From: Mantamonas sphyraenae STR306 | Taxonomy: Eukaryota; Protista; CRuMs | NCBI GenBank assembly: GCA_026936335.1 | Contig: JAPMXV010000043.1 | Coordinates: 62,001 to 126,000 of the forward strand | Length of the DNA: 64,000 bases | Direction of reading: 5' to 3' | Made by a program: the position numbers and the translations under genes | Notes under the pieces: generated by a model | Seen by the model: the letters and a program-made list of their open reading frames with translations, nothing else | What the model was told of the DNA's origin: nothing | Database searches by the model: none | Shown: positions 44,336-57,900 of the stretch, piece by piece | Layout of the letters: each line of letters begins with the position of its first letter | How positions within the stretch are numbered: position 1 is the first letter of the stretch

Positions 44336-47300
44336 ATGAAGGCTCTGACGGGCTTTGCCAAGGGTCTGACTGAGGTGGACGACGAAGACTTGAAGGCTCA
44401 GGACACGGAGATGGGTGTGGACCGTCGCCTGTCGACGTCGACGGAGCAGCACCAGATGTACGAGCTGGCGTGTGCAAATGCGGAGGAGGAGCTCGCGGAA
44501 GAAAACGACGGCCTCGGTCGCATCGACTATGTGCTGAACTACCCGATCCCGAAGCAGGGCAAGACCCGCCAGGGAGAGGCCAAGGAGGTGACGGACAAGG
44601 AGAAGAAGGTCGAGCAACGCAACCGCATGTACCGCGACGTGTTTCTGGCGATTGCACGAGCCAAGGGTGCCAAGATCACAGAAGTCGTGTCGCAGGATCA
44701 GGATGAGGTAAGAACGGGTGACGACACGCAGGCAGGAGAGACATGGGGGTCGGCAGCACCCGCCATTGGAACGACGCACACGTGTCGTGCGTATGTGCAG
44801 AGCAGAAGCGAGGAGAAACGAGTCTGGGTCGCTGACACAACGTCCACTTTTCTTCATGGGCCGCCCTCTCCCCACCCACTCAGGTTTTCGTCCTCGTGTA
44901 CCTGCCCATGAAGACGCTGGTGGCCGAAGCCGAGGAAGCCAAGCTGAGCATTCCGCTGAACGAACCGGCAGACTGGAGCGCAGACTACGAGTGGGACTTT
45001 ACCACCGAGGTAAGCAGCACAAACGCATCGCGGCATGTTTGCATTTTTTTGGACGTCGCCTGAGGAAACAGCCTGCAAGGGCGCCACCACGATCCGCAGA
45101 CCAGATCTGCGGCCCATGGACCAACGCACATGGAAGTATGCACGCGTGTGCGGTGCACGATTTGTCGTGGTGTGTCCATGGTGGCGATCCGGGGGACGTT
45201 TTTGTTTTCGTTGCAGGGTGAAAGAAAATCCAGGAACGTCGAGCGCGCGCGCGTTTGCGACAAACGCGACCGCGCGTCCGTTTTATCGTTTGCGTTCCTT
45301 GATTTGCACAGTGTTTTGGGTTATGAGGCATGCACACGGGAGTGCTCACACACACACATGCACAACACACAAATTCACACACACACCCGCCACGCACCGG
45401 CCGCAGTTCACAGAGGCAGGCTTGCGCACCGGCGCGTACAAGGGTTCCGGTGACGTGACCCAGTTCTTCCGCCAGTCGCAGCGCTCTCTGCTGACCAAGA
45501 ACTTCCTACTGAAGATCGAGTTTATGGAGCCCGACGGATGGGATCTGGAGAACCGCATCTCGGCAGCCATCAAGGAAAAGGCCGGCAAGGCAACCGAGCT
45601 GTCGAACCGCGCCTCGGACAGCGAGGACGTGCTGAGTGCGCTCAAGAAGCGTGAGGCGTCGCGCAAGGAGATCAACATCAACGTGCTGTTCAAGCGCAAG
45701 GCATTCACGTCGTGGTACCCGCTTCACAACGAGGAGAACCGACAGGATCTTCGCAACACCTGGTCGGGCATCCAGAACTTCTTCCGTACGCGCCAGCCGA
45801 TCAACAAGATCCGCCAGTACTACGGCGAAAAGGTGGCTCTGTACTTTGCCTGGCTGGGCCACTACACGACCTGGCTGCTCATCCCGTCGCTGTTTGGCAT
45901 CATCACCTTCATTGTGGGCCTCGCGGAACACACGGACGCCAACAACAACATGACCATCCCGTTCTCGATCATCGTTGGCCTGTGGGGCACCTTTTACCTC
46001 GAGTCGTGGAAGCGCAAGCAGGCCACGCTTGCGTTCCAGTGGAACGTGCAAAACTTTGAGGAAACCGAACAGGCACGGCCCGAGTTCTACGGCGAGCTGG
46101 AGCCCAGTGAGGTCACCGGCGAGCTGGAGATGGTCTACCCTTCGTACAAGCGCTGGGGTAAGTACACCGCAGGCTTTGTCTCGATCATGGTGATGCTGGG
46201 CGTGGTGGTCATTGCCGTGATTGCCATCATGATGTACCGCTTGTGGATCAAGACTCAGGACCAGAACAGGTTCCTGCCGGCCACAGGCGGTATCATGAAC
46301 GCGCTGACCATTAACATCTTGAACTTTGTGTACGGCCGCCTGGCCCGTGCCCTCACCGACTGGGAGAACCACCGCACGCAGACCGAGTACGAGGACCAGC
46401 TGATCATCAAGACCTTCCTGTTCCAGTTCATCAACTCGTACAGCTCGCTGTTCTACATTTCGTTCTTCAAGCCCAACGCGGTTCTGTTCACGTACGTGGA
46501 CCACTGCGAGAACGACGATTGCCTGAGCGAGACCAGTTCGCAGCTGGGCGGCATCCTGGTGACCAAGATGGTGATTGGCAACGCCCAGGAGGTGATCATG
46601 CCCATCCTGAAGGGCAAGTTTGCACTGTGGAACGAACAGCGCAACATGACGGAGGAGCAGAAGAAGGCGGCCAACGAGAAGAAGGCTGGCGTGAGCCAGT
46701 GGGAGCGTGAGGCCAAGCTCAACCCCTACGAGTCGACGTTTTCCGACTACAACGAGATTGTGATCCAGTTTGGATACGTGACGTTGTTTGTGGTGGCCTT
46801 CCCGCTGGCCCCTGTGCTGGCTGTGGCCAACAACCTGATTGAGATCCGTTCGGACAGCTACAAGCTGAACAACGGTTACCGTCGCCCTGCACCCGAAATG
46901 GCTGAGGACATTGGCTCGTGGTACCCGATCCTCGAGTCCATTGCCATGATTGCCGTGCTGACCAACTCTCTGATCATTGCCTTTACCTCCACGATTCTGG
47001 CCAACATTCCGCTGGTGTGGAAGTACTGGGTGGTGGCCATTCTGGAGCACTCCATTCTGATCCTCAAGTTTGTGGTGGCCGAGCTTGTGCCGGATGTGCC
47101 GGCGGACGTGCTGCTCACCATGGAGCGTGCCGAATACCAGCGCCAGAAGGCTGTGGATAAGATCCAGAACCAGCTGGAGGAGGCCAAGCCGTCGCACGAC
47201 CCGATCAAGAAGCACGACCGTGCTCTCGTGTCTGACTCGTTCAAGTTTGACATTGACAACGACAATGAGGCCTTTGTCCTTGTGCCTCCGCTCGTGAAGC

Positions 47301-47461
47301 TGTTCAAGCAGCGTGACGAGCTCGGCATCGACGCCTCGTACGACTCGGTCATCGGTTACTACGACTTTAAGGAGCTCAAGCAAGGCCGCATCTACCTCGA
47401 GGAGCACTACGACTTGCCCGAGTCGTATTCCACGGAGGATGCCGCCAAGTACATCGGATGA
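44336..47461 (+). CDS. Anoctamin/TMEM16 family protein 1 (introns 44708-44883, 45010-45406)
   Basis: IDYVL, YYGEKVALYFAWLGHYT, WENHRTQTEYED, KTFLFQFINSY, IQFGYVTLF, NNLIEIRSD, DIGSW. Confidence 0.95.
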
Positions 47462-47575
47462 GCAGTGCCATCGCGATGTTGTGAGACAAGAATGTTGACA
47501 TGAAGCAATGAAGGAGGTGCTTGTGTGTTCAGGGACGACGGCCGCGAATGCGCGCGCAGCCCAATCGTCGACAGC

Positions 47576-50087
47576 ATGGGATTCTTGTTGGCGCAGCCGA
47601 TTGTGAATGAATACGAAGAGTATGTGGTCGTGGCATTCGTGCTGTACATTCTGTACACGCTAGTGCTGAAGAAGCCCACAAAGAAGAGGTAGGTGTGTGC
47701 GGTTCCCCGCTGCGATCCCCGCTCTGGGCCCAACATAGACATTGCGCTGCCAAACTATGTCGCACAAGCAGAGTGGCGTCGTTGTCGTGTGTTGTCGTAC
47801 TATGCATGAGAACAAAGCAACCAGTACACGGACAGAAGCGACGGATGTACGCCATTCGGAAGTGAGCTGACGTGGTTCGTCCGCACCACAGCAACATCGT
47901 CATTCCGGCGTCGATGAAGAAGAAACCCCAGGGATCCAAGAAAAAGAAGGTGAGGATGGGTCCATGGTGGCCCCTGGTGGGAACATACCTCTGGACAGCA
48001 GAGTCAATTCGGTCAACTAGGCGTGCGTGCAGCGCAAATGCGGCGGCGCCAAACGCGTCGCGAACCGGCTCTCGCAGACTGGCGTTCCCTGAAGAGAAAC
48101 GCTCACACGCACAAACACACACACATCTGATTGCACATCACACAAGATTCCGGAGGGCTACAAGCCTGTGCTGCTGCTCTATGGCACACAAACCGGCACC
48201 AGCGAGGCGTTTGCCAGGCGTATTGCCCGTGAGGCCAAGCGCTTCAAGTTCTGGCCGCGCATCGTGGATCTCGAAGATGCAGATATTGTATGTCGGTGTT
48301 GTAATGCCCACAGGGACCCATTGTGAAGGGTGGCACACGCTGCAGTGCGCCTGGGCTTGCACGGTTTTCCCTTGTTGCTACAGAATGTGCCACCGCCACC
48401 ACACACGATTGACCGTAAAGACTCACACCCTCGCCGTTTTGGTGTTGTGCAGACGGATCTGGAGGCAGCGCAGCTGGCAATCCTGTTTGTTGCCACGTAC
48501 GGAGAGGGCGAACCGCCCGACGGAGCGCGCACCTTCCACGAGGAACTCAGCTCATTGGACGAGCCAGAGGCGCTGCAGAACCTGGACTTTTGCATCTTTG
48601 GCCTTGGCAACTCCACGTACGAATACTTCAACGCGTTTGCCAAAGACACCGAAGCCAACCTTGCGCGTCTGGGTGCAACAAAGGTGTATCCCACGGGCCT
48701 GGGTGATGACAACAAAAACCTGGAGGACGATTTCGGCGAGTGGAGGGAGGAGCTGTTTCCCAAGTTGTGCGAACACTACGGGATGGAGGCGGCGGTCAAC
48801 AAAGGGAACCAAGAGTGCGAGTTGAAGCTTGTCCAGGTCGAGGCAGGAAGCAAGGAAGCGCGCAGGTTCAAAACAAGCACACTGGTGGATCAGAAGCACC
48901 CGCACGCCATGCGAGTGGTGGTTAACCGCGAGCTGCACTCGGAAGCGTCGGATAGGTCGTGCCGCCACCTTGAACTCGATCTGAGCGACACGACTGTGGC
49001 ATACCAGGCGGGCGACCACTTGGGCGTGTATCCCGAGAACAATGCAGAGATGGTGGAGCGTGTGGCGTCCTTGCTCAAGGTTGACCTGGACGAGATGTTT
49101 GCGCTGGAACCGCTGGACGAAGAGACAAAGGTGCCATTCCCGACACCGTGCTCGTACCGCACCGCACTGACCCATTACGTGGACATCACCAATGTTCCAC
49201 GCAAGAACGTGTTTGCGGCCATGGCGCAGTATGCATCCGACCCTGAGGAGCAGAAGCGCCTGGAGCTGATTGCCTCCATCTCCCCCGAAGGCAAGCAGCT
49301 GTTCCACGAATACGTGGTGGACAGCTGCAGGTGCATCGCCGAAGTGTTGGAGGACTATCCTTCGCTCCAGGTTCCCGCGGAGCATTTCTTTGAGCTGATG
49401 CCCACACTGCAACCGCGCTTCTTTTCCATCTCGTCCTCCAGCAAGGTGGACAGCAAGCGGCTGTCGATCACGGCGGTGGTGGTGCGATATCACACCAGCA
49501 CTGGCCGTTTGGCGGAGGGAGTATGCACCACCTGGATGGAGAAGCTGTTGCCCAGCCCAGCGCTGGAGCCTCGCATGCTTGCGTGGGTGCGCCGATCCAA
49601 CTTTCACTTGCCGCGCAACATGTCGCGACCCATTGTGTTGGTGGGCCCCGGCACGGGGTTGGCTCCCCTGCGAGGCTTCCTGCATGACCTGCGTGTGGCC
49701 CGCGAAAAGGGTCGCAATGTAGGCGAGTGTGTGCTGTACTTTGGCTGCCGCCACCCGGAGCTGGACTTTCTGTACCGCGAGGAACTGGAGGGGTTCAAGC
49801 AAGATGGTACCCTGAAAGAGCTGCACGTGAGCTTCAGCCGTGTGGAGGGCCAAGAGAAGGAGTATGTGCAGCACCGGATGGCGAAGAACCAAGAGGAGCT
49901 CTGGCGGCAGCTGTACACGGAGAAAGGCTACCTGTTTGTGTGTGGCGATGCAAAAGGCATGTCCAAGGATGTGCACGCCACGCTGCTTTCCATGGCGCGC
50001 AATGTTGGCGGTCTCACCGACGAGGAAACCGCGGCGTGGATCAAGGACATGGAGAAGAAAAACAGGTACCTGAAGGATGTGTGGTGA
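47576..50087 (+). CDS. POR: NADPH-cytochrome P450 reductase (4 exons)
   Basis: N-terminal TM anchor exon, LLYGTQTGTSEAFA exon (~48150-48290), ATYGEGEPPD, FGLGNSTYEYFN, PRFFSISSS, GPGTGLAP, LYFGCR, C-terminal RYLKDVW. Confidence 0.93.
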
Positions 50088-50171
50088 GCAGAGAGCGACG
50101 CTGAGCAAGAATGCAAACCAAAAACACGTGCGCGTGATGGTCCACGGAAACAAGATTCACCAAATTTGCCA

Positions 50172-52655
50172 ATGAGCGAGAGCAGCGAAGAAGCGCCGGC
50201 CGTGAGCTGGCTGCCATCCAGCAACGCTGAACCCACGCAAACAGACACAACGATCAGCAGAGGCACCTACGACAAGGATGTCTCTGAGGAGCAGTGGATC
50301 AACACAGCAGATGGGCCCTTTGAAGCGTCGGTACAATGCGTGGCGGCCGGGAAGAACATGGTGCGCGTGCAACTTCACGTCTCCACCGACGCTGAGCCGA
50401 GTCACGTGTTCCGAAGCGATTTTGAGAGTCAGCTGGACTCACTGCATCCTTTTGCAGTTAGCCATACGCCATACGAGGATGCGGACGTGACATGGGAGGA
50501 GAAACAGGGTGTGGTGGACGTTCGAGACGCGTTGGGACGCGTTGTGCTTCGTTTGGACGACGCACGCGTGCGAGACACAGAAACGGTGAACGGTTTGCGC
50601 ATGCGCGTGCCGTTTGCAGTATTCCCGGACGCCGAAGTGTCGCAGGTGATGTGTTTTGGCCTGGGCAACCGAGCCCAACCACACACCAGCCTCTGTGGAC
50701 GCCGCTACGCCATGTGGAACACAGATTGTGGACCATTTGAAGTAGGCACAGATCCTTTGTACGGTTGCATTCCAATTGTGCACTTTATGAACACGGAAGG
50801 AGTGTGCGTGACCATCTTCTTCGACCACCCGGCAAGGAGCTTTCTGGATCTGACCTCGTTGGAGCCCGCACACATGGACACGGCTGCACGCTTCATGGTA
50901 TGCTATGTGATGGTAGGAAGCCTGCAGGAGAACATGGCAGCATACGCAGGGCTCACAGGACCTGCGTTTGTTCCACCCCTCAAGGCCCTTGGCGCACACC
51001 AGTGCAGATGGAGCTATTTCCCCGACAGCCGCGTCCAGGAAGTGGCCAACCTCATGCGCGAGCACAGGATTCCCTGTGACTGGATTCACCTGGACATCCA
51101 CTACATGGAAAACTACAAGAGTTTCAGCGTGGACCACGAACGATTTCCCGATCTTCCGGCCCTCACCGAGTCCTTGCACAAACAGGGATTCAACATCATG
51201 AGCATCATTGACCCTGGAATCGGAACGGCTGACGAAGGGTACGAGGTGCTCAAGTCCGGACGCGAGGGCGGGCATTTTTGCACGGTTGGCGAGGAACTCT
51301 ATGCGGGTGTGTGCTGGCCGGGCGAGGCAAATTTCCCCGATTTCCTGTCAGAGAGGACACGCGAGTGGTGGGGCAAACAGTACGCAAGGCTGTATGACGC
51401 TGGAATCGATGGGTTTTGGTCAGACATGAACGAACCAGCGATCCTGACCATGTTTGGAGCGACGACGGCACCCAACGAGATGGTCCACGACGTAGATGGC
51501 ACAAAATGGTACCATGGCGTACTTCACAACCTGTACGGCTCCAAGATGTCGCAGGCGGCGTTTGCTGGGGCCGACGCATCGGATCATGCGCCATTCTTCC
51601 TGTCACGCTCGCTTTGGGCAGGATCCCACCGACACAGCATCGCATGGACAGGCGACAATCTTTCCACATGGGAACACCTGCGTTTGAGCATCCCGCACAC
51701 GCTAAACTTGGCCATGAGCGGCATCCCTGCCGGGCCAGACACGGGCGGTTTTCACCAGGATTGCCACGGAGAGCTGCTGGCTCGATGGTACCAGCTGTCG
51801 TGTCTTCTTCCATTCGCACGGAACCATTGCAGCCTGGACAGTGCAGACCAAGAGCCGTGGGTTTTTGGAGACTCTGTTGTAGCCACGTGCCGTGCAGCAC
51901 TGGAGCTGCGCATGCAGCTGCTGCCGTACTTGTTCAGCGTGTGGATGCACTACACGGAAACACTGGAGCCGATTGTGTCCCCGTTGGCGGCTTTCTTCCC
52001 GGGATGTTCATCGCGCGACCGCGACGACTTGTACTTGCTGGGCCGCGACCTGTTGGTGGTCCCGCAGGTCCATCCAGATGCAGACCGCGTCGAAGTTGAG
52101 CTCCCTGAAGATGTGCTGTGGTTTGATTTGAACTCTGGGCGGCCTCGCCAAGGTGGGGTGTCACTGGACACGCCATTCGAGGCTCCACCGCCTGTCCTTG
52201 CTCGCAATGGTTGTGTCGTGCCCATGTGGCCCGTGCAGCAGTATGTGGGTGAGAAAACCATCACTTTGCTCACACTGCGTGTGTTTGCACTGGACACGGC
52301 TTTCAGCGCCACCCTCACGCTCGACTCTGGGGACGGAACCGGTGATGTGTTGACGTGCCAGTTCGACGTCGACGCCTCCAGTGACACGTCCACCACGTTT
52401 TCTTGCACATGCATCTCGGGCCATGAGTTTGCCTCGCGGATCTCCACCGTGCGAGTGTGCTGGATGAACAGCGCAAGCAGCCCTGCCGTGGCTGACGAGG
52501 GCGCTACTTGGCAATCCGCATTGGACGAGACCGTGTCTCAGGACTGCATGTTGCAGTCCGTGGACCTCCAAGACGACACTCCCGTGGCCATGGTCGACGT
52601 TGTTGGAGATCAGCCTCTGGCTGGGTTTGCGCTGACGTTTTCGCTGCTTGGGTGA
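50172..52655 (+). CDS. Glycoside hydrolase family 31 alpha-glucosidase (intronless)
   Basis: HQCRWSY, LDIHYM, nucleophile motif GFWSDMNEP, HNLYG, acid/base motif WTGDN, GPDTGGF, RNH. Confidence 0.93.
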   Translation: MSESSEEAPAVSWLPSSNAEPTQTDTTISRGTYDKDVSEEQWINTADGPFEASVQCVAAGKNMVRVQLHVSTDAEPSHVFRSDFESQLDSLHPFAVSHTPYEDADVTWEEKQGVVDVRDALGRVVLRLDDARVRDTETVNGLRMRVPFAVFPDAEVSQVMCFGLGNRAQPHTSLCGRRYAMWNTDCGPFEVGTDPLYGCIPIVHFMNTEGVCVTIFFDHPARSFLDLTSLEPAHMDTAARFMVCYVMVGSLQENMAAYAGLTGPAFVPPLKALGAHQCRWSYFPDSRVQEVANLMREHRIPCDWIHLDIHYMENYKSFSVDHERFPDLPALTESLHKQGFNIMSIIDPGIGTADEGYEVLKSGREGGHFCTVGEELYAGVCWPGEANFPDFLSERTREWWGKQYARLYDAGIDGFWSDMNEPAILTMFGATTAPNEMVHDVDGTKWYHGVLHNLYGSKMSQAAFAGADASDHAPFFLSRSLWAGSHRHSIAWTGDNLSTWEHLRLSIPHTLNLAMSGIPAGPDTGGFHQDCHGELLARWYQLSCLLPFARNHCSLDSADQEPWVFGDSVVATCRAALELRMQLLPYLFSVWMHYTETLEPIVSPLAAFFPGCSSRDRDDLYLLGRDLLVVPQVHPDADRVEVELPEDVLWFDLNSGRPRQGGVSLDTPFEAPPPVLARNGCVVPMWPVQQYVGEKTITLLTLRVFALDTAFSATLTLDSGDGTGDVLTCQFDVDASSDTSTTFSCTCISGHEFASRISTVRVCWMNSASSPAVADEGATWQSALDETVSQDCMLQSVDLQDDTPVAMVDVVGDQPLAGFALTFSLLG

Positions 52656-52675
52656 TCAAGGTCCGGTTTTTGAAT

Positions 52676-53981
52676 TCATTTTGCATCAATTGCCTCTCGC
52701 ATCTTCTCACTCGCACACGTTTTGCTTTCGAGCCATGAGGCGAGTGTGTCTGTGAAGCGGGTGCACGCCGCCGAGAGCTGTTCCTGGTCGTAGTATGCAA
52801 AGCAAAGCCGCATACAGTGTGAGTGAGAGGATCCCACGTCTGCTTGAAAGAGTTTGCCAGGTTTGAATGCAACGGGAGAGTCTCCAGCCTGGGCAAACTC
52901 CAACAACTCGGCAGTGTCCAAAGACGTGTCCTCCAGCTCGACCCAAACAAAATATCCACCGTGCACAGGGCCCAACACACGTGCAGGGAGCTCTTTAAGG
53001 CCAATGTCGAGGTGCTCAAGCATCGTTGTGCAGCCGTTGGCATACCAGGTGCGTGAGACCTCGAGCTGCTTCGCCTGCTCGCCCGTAGCAACAAAGTCCG
53101 AGACAAATGCACCCATGAGGGGATTGAGGCCACCACCAGAGCGCAGTAGGCCATGCTTTGCGAATCGCTCAGTATTGGTCTTGCTGGAGAGCACCCAGGC
53201 CACGCGCACCCCAGGACCAAGGATTTTGGAGAAGCTGCCCACAGAGAACACCACGTCGGGCTTACCATCGTTCGCCGCTCCATTGTCAGTGCATATCCCT
53301 CGCATCTATCCTTGAGGCGTCATAGAATCACCCCTCACTCACCCCATCAAAGTACAACGAGCCGGGAAGGGACGACGGAGCGTTCGGGAAGGATAGGAGC
53401 TGGTAGACCTCGTCAGCCACGATGGAAAAGTCATACTTGCGGGCCATGGACACAAGAGCAGTCCTGCGGGTGCTGCTCATGGTGATTCCGGTCGGGTTGT
53501 GGTGAATGGGCACCGTGTACAGTAGCGACGGCTGATGCTCTTGGCAAAGCTTCTCAAACTGCTCGTCCACAACGATGCCCTCTTCATCCATGTCCACCCC
53601 GACTGTGGTCCAGCCTGTGTCACGCAGGAGCTCAAGAGCCAAGAAGTAGGTTGGGGATTCGACCAAGGCGACTTTGGGTTTGCCCTGTGGCGGGGCGAGC
53701 AACAGGGAGGCCATGAGGATGCCCTGTGAGGCGCCATTACAGATGAAAAGATTCTCTGCGGCCACTGTGTCGCCGTAACCGTGCTCAGTGCACAATTGGG
53801 CGACCTGGTCACGTAGTTCTGGCTCTCCTTGCTCGCGGCCGTACGACATGAGGGACCAGTTGTCCTCACCATTGTCCATGATATGCTGCGTGCTTTCACG
53901 CAGCTTCTCCCACGGCAGCAGCTGCTTGGGCGGGTGACCTACGCCTAGATTGAGCAATTTCTTGCCTGTGGTTGAGGACAT
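52676..53981 (-). CDS. PLP-dependent class I/II aminotransferase (Aro8/YdcR-like); one intron from 53342, acceptor uncertain
   Basis: NLGVGHP, NGASQG, VESPTY, HNPTG, ADEVY, GSFSKILGPGVRVAW, GGYFVW, RLCFA. Confidence 0.9.
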
Positions 53982-54976
53982 CGACTTGCCCTGCAGAGCG
54001 CACTCGTTGTCGAAAGCACCGGAGCACTTCAATGCTCCAAAAGCAAGTGGTAGCAGAAACGATTTGCAACGCAGTTGAGGGCAGGGCGAGGGAGACATGG
54101 GCGAGCAGAGCTGCGCCCCGTTGCGCGAGCCGTCCCAACCCACCGACAATGTCTGAGGAGCAGGTAGGTCGCAGCATGTGGCATATGTGTGTATCGTGTA
54201 TGCGCGTGAATGCATGTGGCAGAAGGAAGGACAGGCAGTGCAGAGGCAGCGTGTGCACAGGGCCGGTCCCGTCAACAAGGGGAACGCCCATGCGCGTTGC
54301 CCCTCTGGAGGTGACGCTTCCCCACGCCGCGCCGCAAGGCCGCAGGGCTGGCTGGGGCAAGCATGCTCGCAACAAACGATGCAAGTCGACCAGCATACGA
54401 GCGCAGCAGCATGGCGCCGAACGTCAGTGCCCAGCAAGAAAGTGATGTGTGGCAACACAAAGCAGCCGTCGACTGCGTTTGTGCTGTGCGGGCTTTTTCT
54501 CGTGCAAACGCGTCGCGTGGCCGGCTGGTATGCTGTCTGTACACCGTCATCACAGGCACAGGCAGTCCTGCAGCGGTCCTGCGGATGTGACCCATGTTGC
54601 GATGCTGTGCACTTTACCCGGCCACGTCCTGGGCCAGAGCAGGAGCGAGCAGCGATGCGCAAAACCCGTTGCTCCGGGACGCATTTTCACCGGTCGTTTT
54701 CTCGCACACGCCCTGCACGCGCGTGCACGCACTGTCCACGCTCCGGGCATCTGCTGCATCCCTTTTACATTCCGTTCCTGCCCAGAAACGCGCAAAGTTT
54801 GCATGCAGACCGTTGCATTTTGGCTGTACAAGCGACGAAAGCTGAAGAATCGCGCGCAAAGTCGCACATTCCTTGACATTGGTCGCAAACGCTCACACAC
54901 GTTCGCACTACACCTTGGAAATCGCACTTGTTTCCGCACGACCTCGCGCACATTGTGCATATCCTTCCCACCACAG

Positions 54977-57900
54977 AACGAACCCGTTGAAACTCAGCCT
55001 GAAGGTCAGGCCGAGCCTGTGGCTGAGGTTGCTGCAATTCCAGCCGAGGAGCACACTGAGGAGCAGGACGAGCCCGAGGCCCCTGCTGAGGAGGAGCCTG
55101 AGCCCGAGGCACCCGCTGAGGAGGAGCCTGAGCCCGAGGCACCCGCTGAGGAGGAGCCTGAGCCCGAGGCACCCGCTGAGGAGGAGCCTGAGCCCGAGGC
55201 ACCCGCTGAGGAGGAGCCTGAGCCCGAGGCACCCGCTGAGGAGCCTGAGCCTGAACCCCGAGGAGGAGCCTGAGCCCGAAGAGGAGCCTGAGCCCGAAGC
55301 TGCCCCTGAAGAGGAGCCTGAGCCCGAAGAGGAGCCTGAGCCCGAAGCTGCCCCTGAGGAGGAGCCTGAGCCCGAGGAGGAGCCTGAGCCCGAAGCTGCC
55401 CCTGAGGAGGAGCCTGAGCCCGAAGCTGCCCCTGAGGAGGAGCCTGAAGCCGAAGAGGAGCCTGAGCCCGAGGAGGAGCCTGAACCCGAACCCGAGGCGG
55501 ATGCCGCTCCAGAGGCCGAGGAGGACGCCGAAGAAGAGGAAGAAGCCGAGCAAGAGCCCGAGGAGGACGCCGAGGAAGAGGAAGAAGACGAGGACGAACC
55601 TGAAGAGGAAGAGGAGGACGAGGCTGACCCTGCAGAGGTCGCCGTCACCCTGGACGAGGAGGTGGACGAGCCCGAACCCCTGGAGGAGGAGGAGTATGAC
55701 GATGGCGAGCTCCCCGTGCTCAAGAACCCGCCCAAGGTCGTGCCCAAGGGCAAACGCGCGTTCCCCAGCCGCTTCGGACGCACGATCCCCGACGCCAAGA
55801 AGCACCGCGACGCATACGTGACTGCCGTCGACTTTTGGAACTGGGTGGACGAGACCGACGCATGGTTCCGCAACAAGCACCAGATCGACTACGTTCTCTC
55901 CTACGAGATCCCGCAGAAGAAGGTCAAGAAGAACGACGCGGGCGAGGAGGTCGAGGTCGACTTTACCGACGCCGAAATCAAAAAGTTCAAGAAGCAGCGC
56001 CACCTGCGCGACACCTACCTGGCCATTCTCCAGGCCCGTGGCCTGGAGATTTCCGAGGAGATGTCTCACGACAAGGACGAGGTCTTTGTCAAGATTTACA
56101 TGCCCTTCCACCTGGTCATGCAGGAAGCACAGCGCTTCAAGATCAAGATCGACCTCGTTGAGCCCGACGACTGGGATTCCGAGGAGATGGGCTACGAGTA
56201 CACCTTCTCAGGCGAATTCACCATCCGCGGTCTGCGCGCCGGCAAGTTTGCCTGGCTGCGCACCGACAAGGATGTCGCCGATGCCGAGACAAGCCCTACT
56301 GGCGGCTACGAGAAGCTGTTCCGCGACTCTGTGCGCTCCCTCTTTGTGCGCCAGATGTTGCTCAACGTAGAGTACATGGAGCCCGACCAGTACTTTGAGT
56401 GGACCCCGCTGCCCACCTGCGGCGGCATCCTGCCCGCAGGCGAGGACCCGTCCCAACAGGAGGGGTGGAACAACGTCAACGAGATCAACATCAACGTTCT
56501 CCTCAAGACCGGATGCTTCTCTGCTTGGTTCACCCTGCACGACCGCGAAAAGCTCGACGAGATCCACGAAGACTGGGTGAAGAAGTGGTGGAAGCGCCAG
56601 CGCCTCACCGTTGTCCGCGACTACTTTGGCGAGAAGATCGCTCTCTACTTTGCCTGGATCGGCCACTACACCTCGTGGCTGTGGGCTCCGGCCCTGTTGG
56701 GTTTCATCACTGCGATGGCAGGTTACAGCAAGGCTGTACCGACACCCGACTCGGAGCTGACCATCCCCTTTTGCATCTTCATGTCCCTGTGGGGCACCTT
56801 TTACCTCGAGTATTGGAAGCGTGACCAGAACATGTGGGCGTACTTGTGGGACACCGAAGACTTTGAAAACAACGAACAAGCCCGCCCAGAGTTCTACGGC
56901 GACGTGGTCAAGTCCCCCGTCACCTCGGAAAACATGATAGACTACCCCGGATGGCGCCGCAACCTCAAGTATGCTGCTGGCGGCGTTAGCATCCTGGTAG
57001 CGCTGGCCGTCGTGCTCATCTCTGTCGTTGGCATCATCATCTACCGCATTGTGATTGCCTCCAACCCAGAGACGTCCCGCCTCACCTTTACCGGTGGTGT
57101 CATCAACGCCATTGCGATCAACACGTTGAACTTTGCGTACGGCAAGCTTGCCGTCACGCTGAACAACTGGGAGAACCACCGCACGCAGACGGAGTACGAG
57201 GACAAGCTCATCTTCAAGACGTTCCTCTTCCAGTTCATCAACTCCTACTTGGTGCTGTTCTACATTGCCTATTTCAAGCAGAACGCCCAGTTCTTTGGCT
57301 TTACCGACACCTGCGCAGGCGGCGACTGCCTCGACGAAGTGTCTTCCCAGCTCGGCTCCATCCTGCTCACCAAGATCGTGGTGGGTAACGCCCAGGAGGT
57401 GGGCGTGCCGTACATCAAGTCCTTCTTCCGTGCTCGCTCGGAGGGAGGAGTCGACGAGATGACCCCGATCGAGGCCCAGGCCAAGATGGAGCCGTATGAG
57501 GACACGTTTGGCGAGTACAACGAGATTGTCATCCAGTTCGGATACATCACGCTGTTTGTGGCCGCCTTCCCGCTGGCCCCGCTGGCCGCCTTGGGCAACA
57601 ACATTGTGGAAATCCGCCTGGACGCCTACAAGCTGTGCAAGGTGCACCGCCGCCCGCCCCCCCTGATGGCCCAGGACATTGGTACCTGGTACACCATCCT
57701 GGAGATGATGTCTGTGCTGGCTGTGATCACCAACTCGCTGATCATCTCCTTCACCTCGGCTGTCCTGCGCGACCTGGAGTTCCGCTGGCGCTTCTGGATC
57801 AGTCTGGGCATCGAGCATATTGTCATTCTGCTCAAGGTGGCCATTGCTGAGGCCGTGGACGACGTGCCCGAGGAGGTTTCGCTCAAGAAGCAGCGTCAGG

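Noticed and set aside
50172-52655. GH31 gene as a horizontal transfer
   Set aside because: Lack of introns alone is insufficient, since several host genes here have very long exons. A phylogeny is needed.
54000-54970. RNA gene or element in the long divergent gap
   Set aside because: No tRNA boxes, strong stems or terminal repeats seen. Probably promoters plus the unresolved first exon and intron of anoctamin 2.
55069-55500. 30-bp repeats as a CRISPR-like array
   Set aside because: Contiguous coding minisatellite with no spacers.
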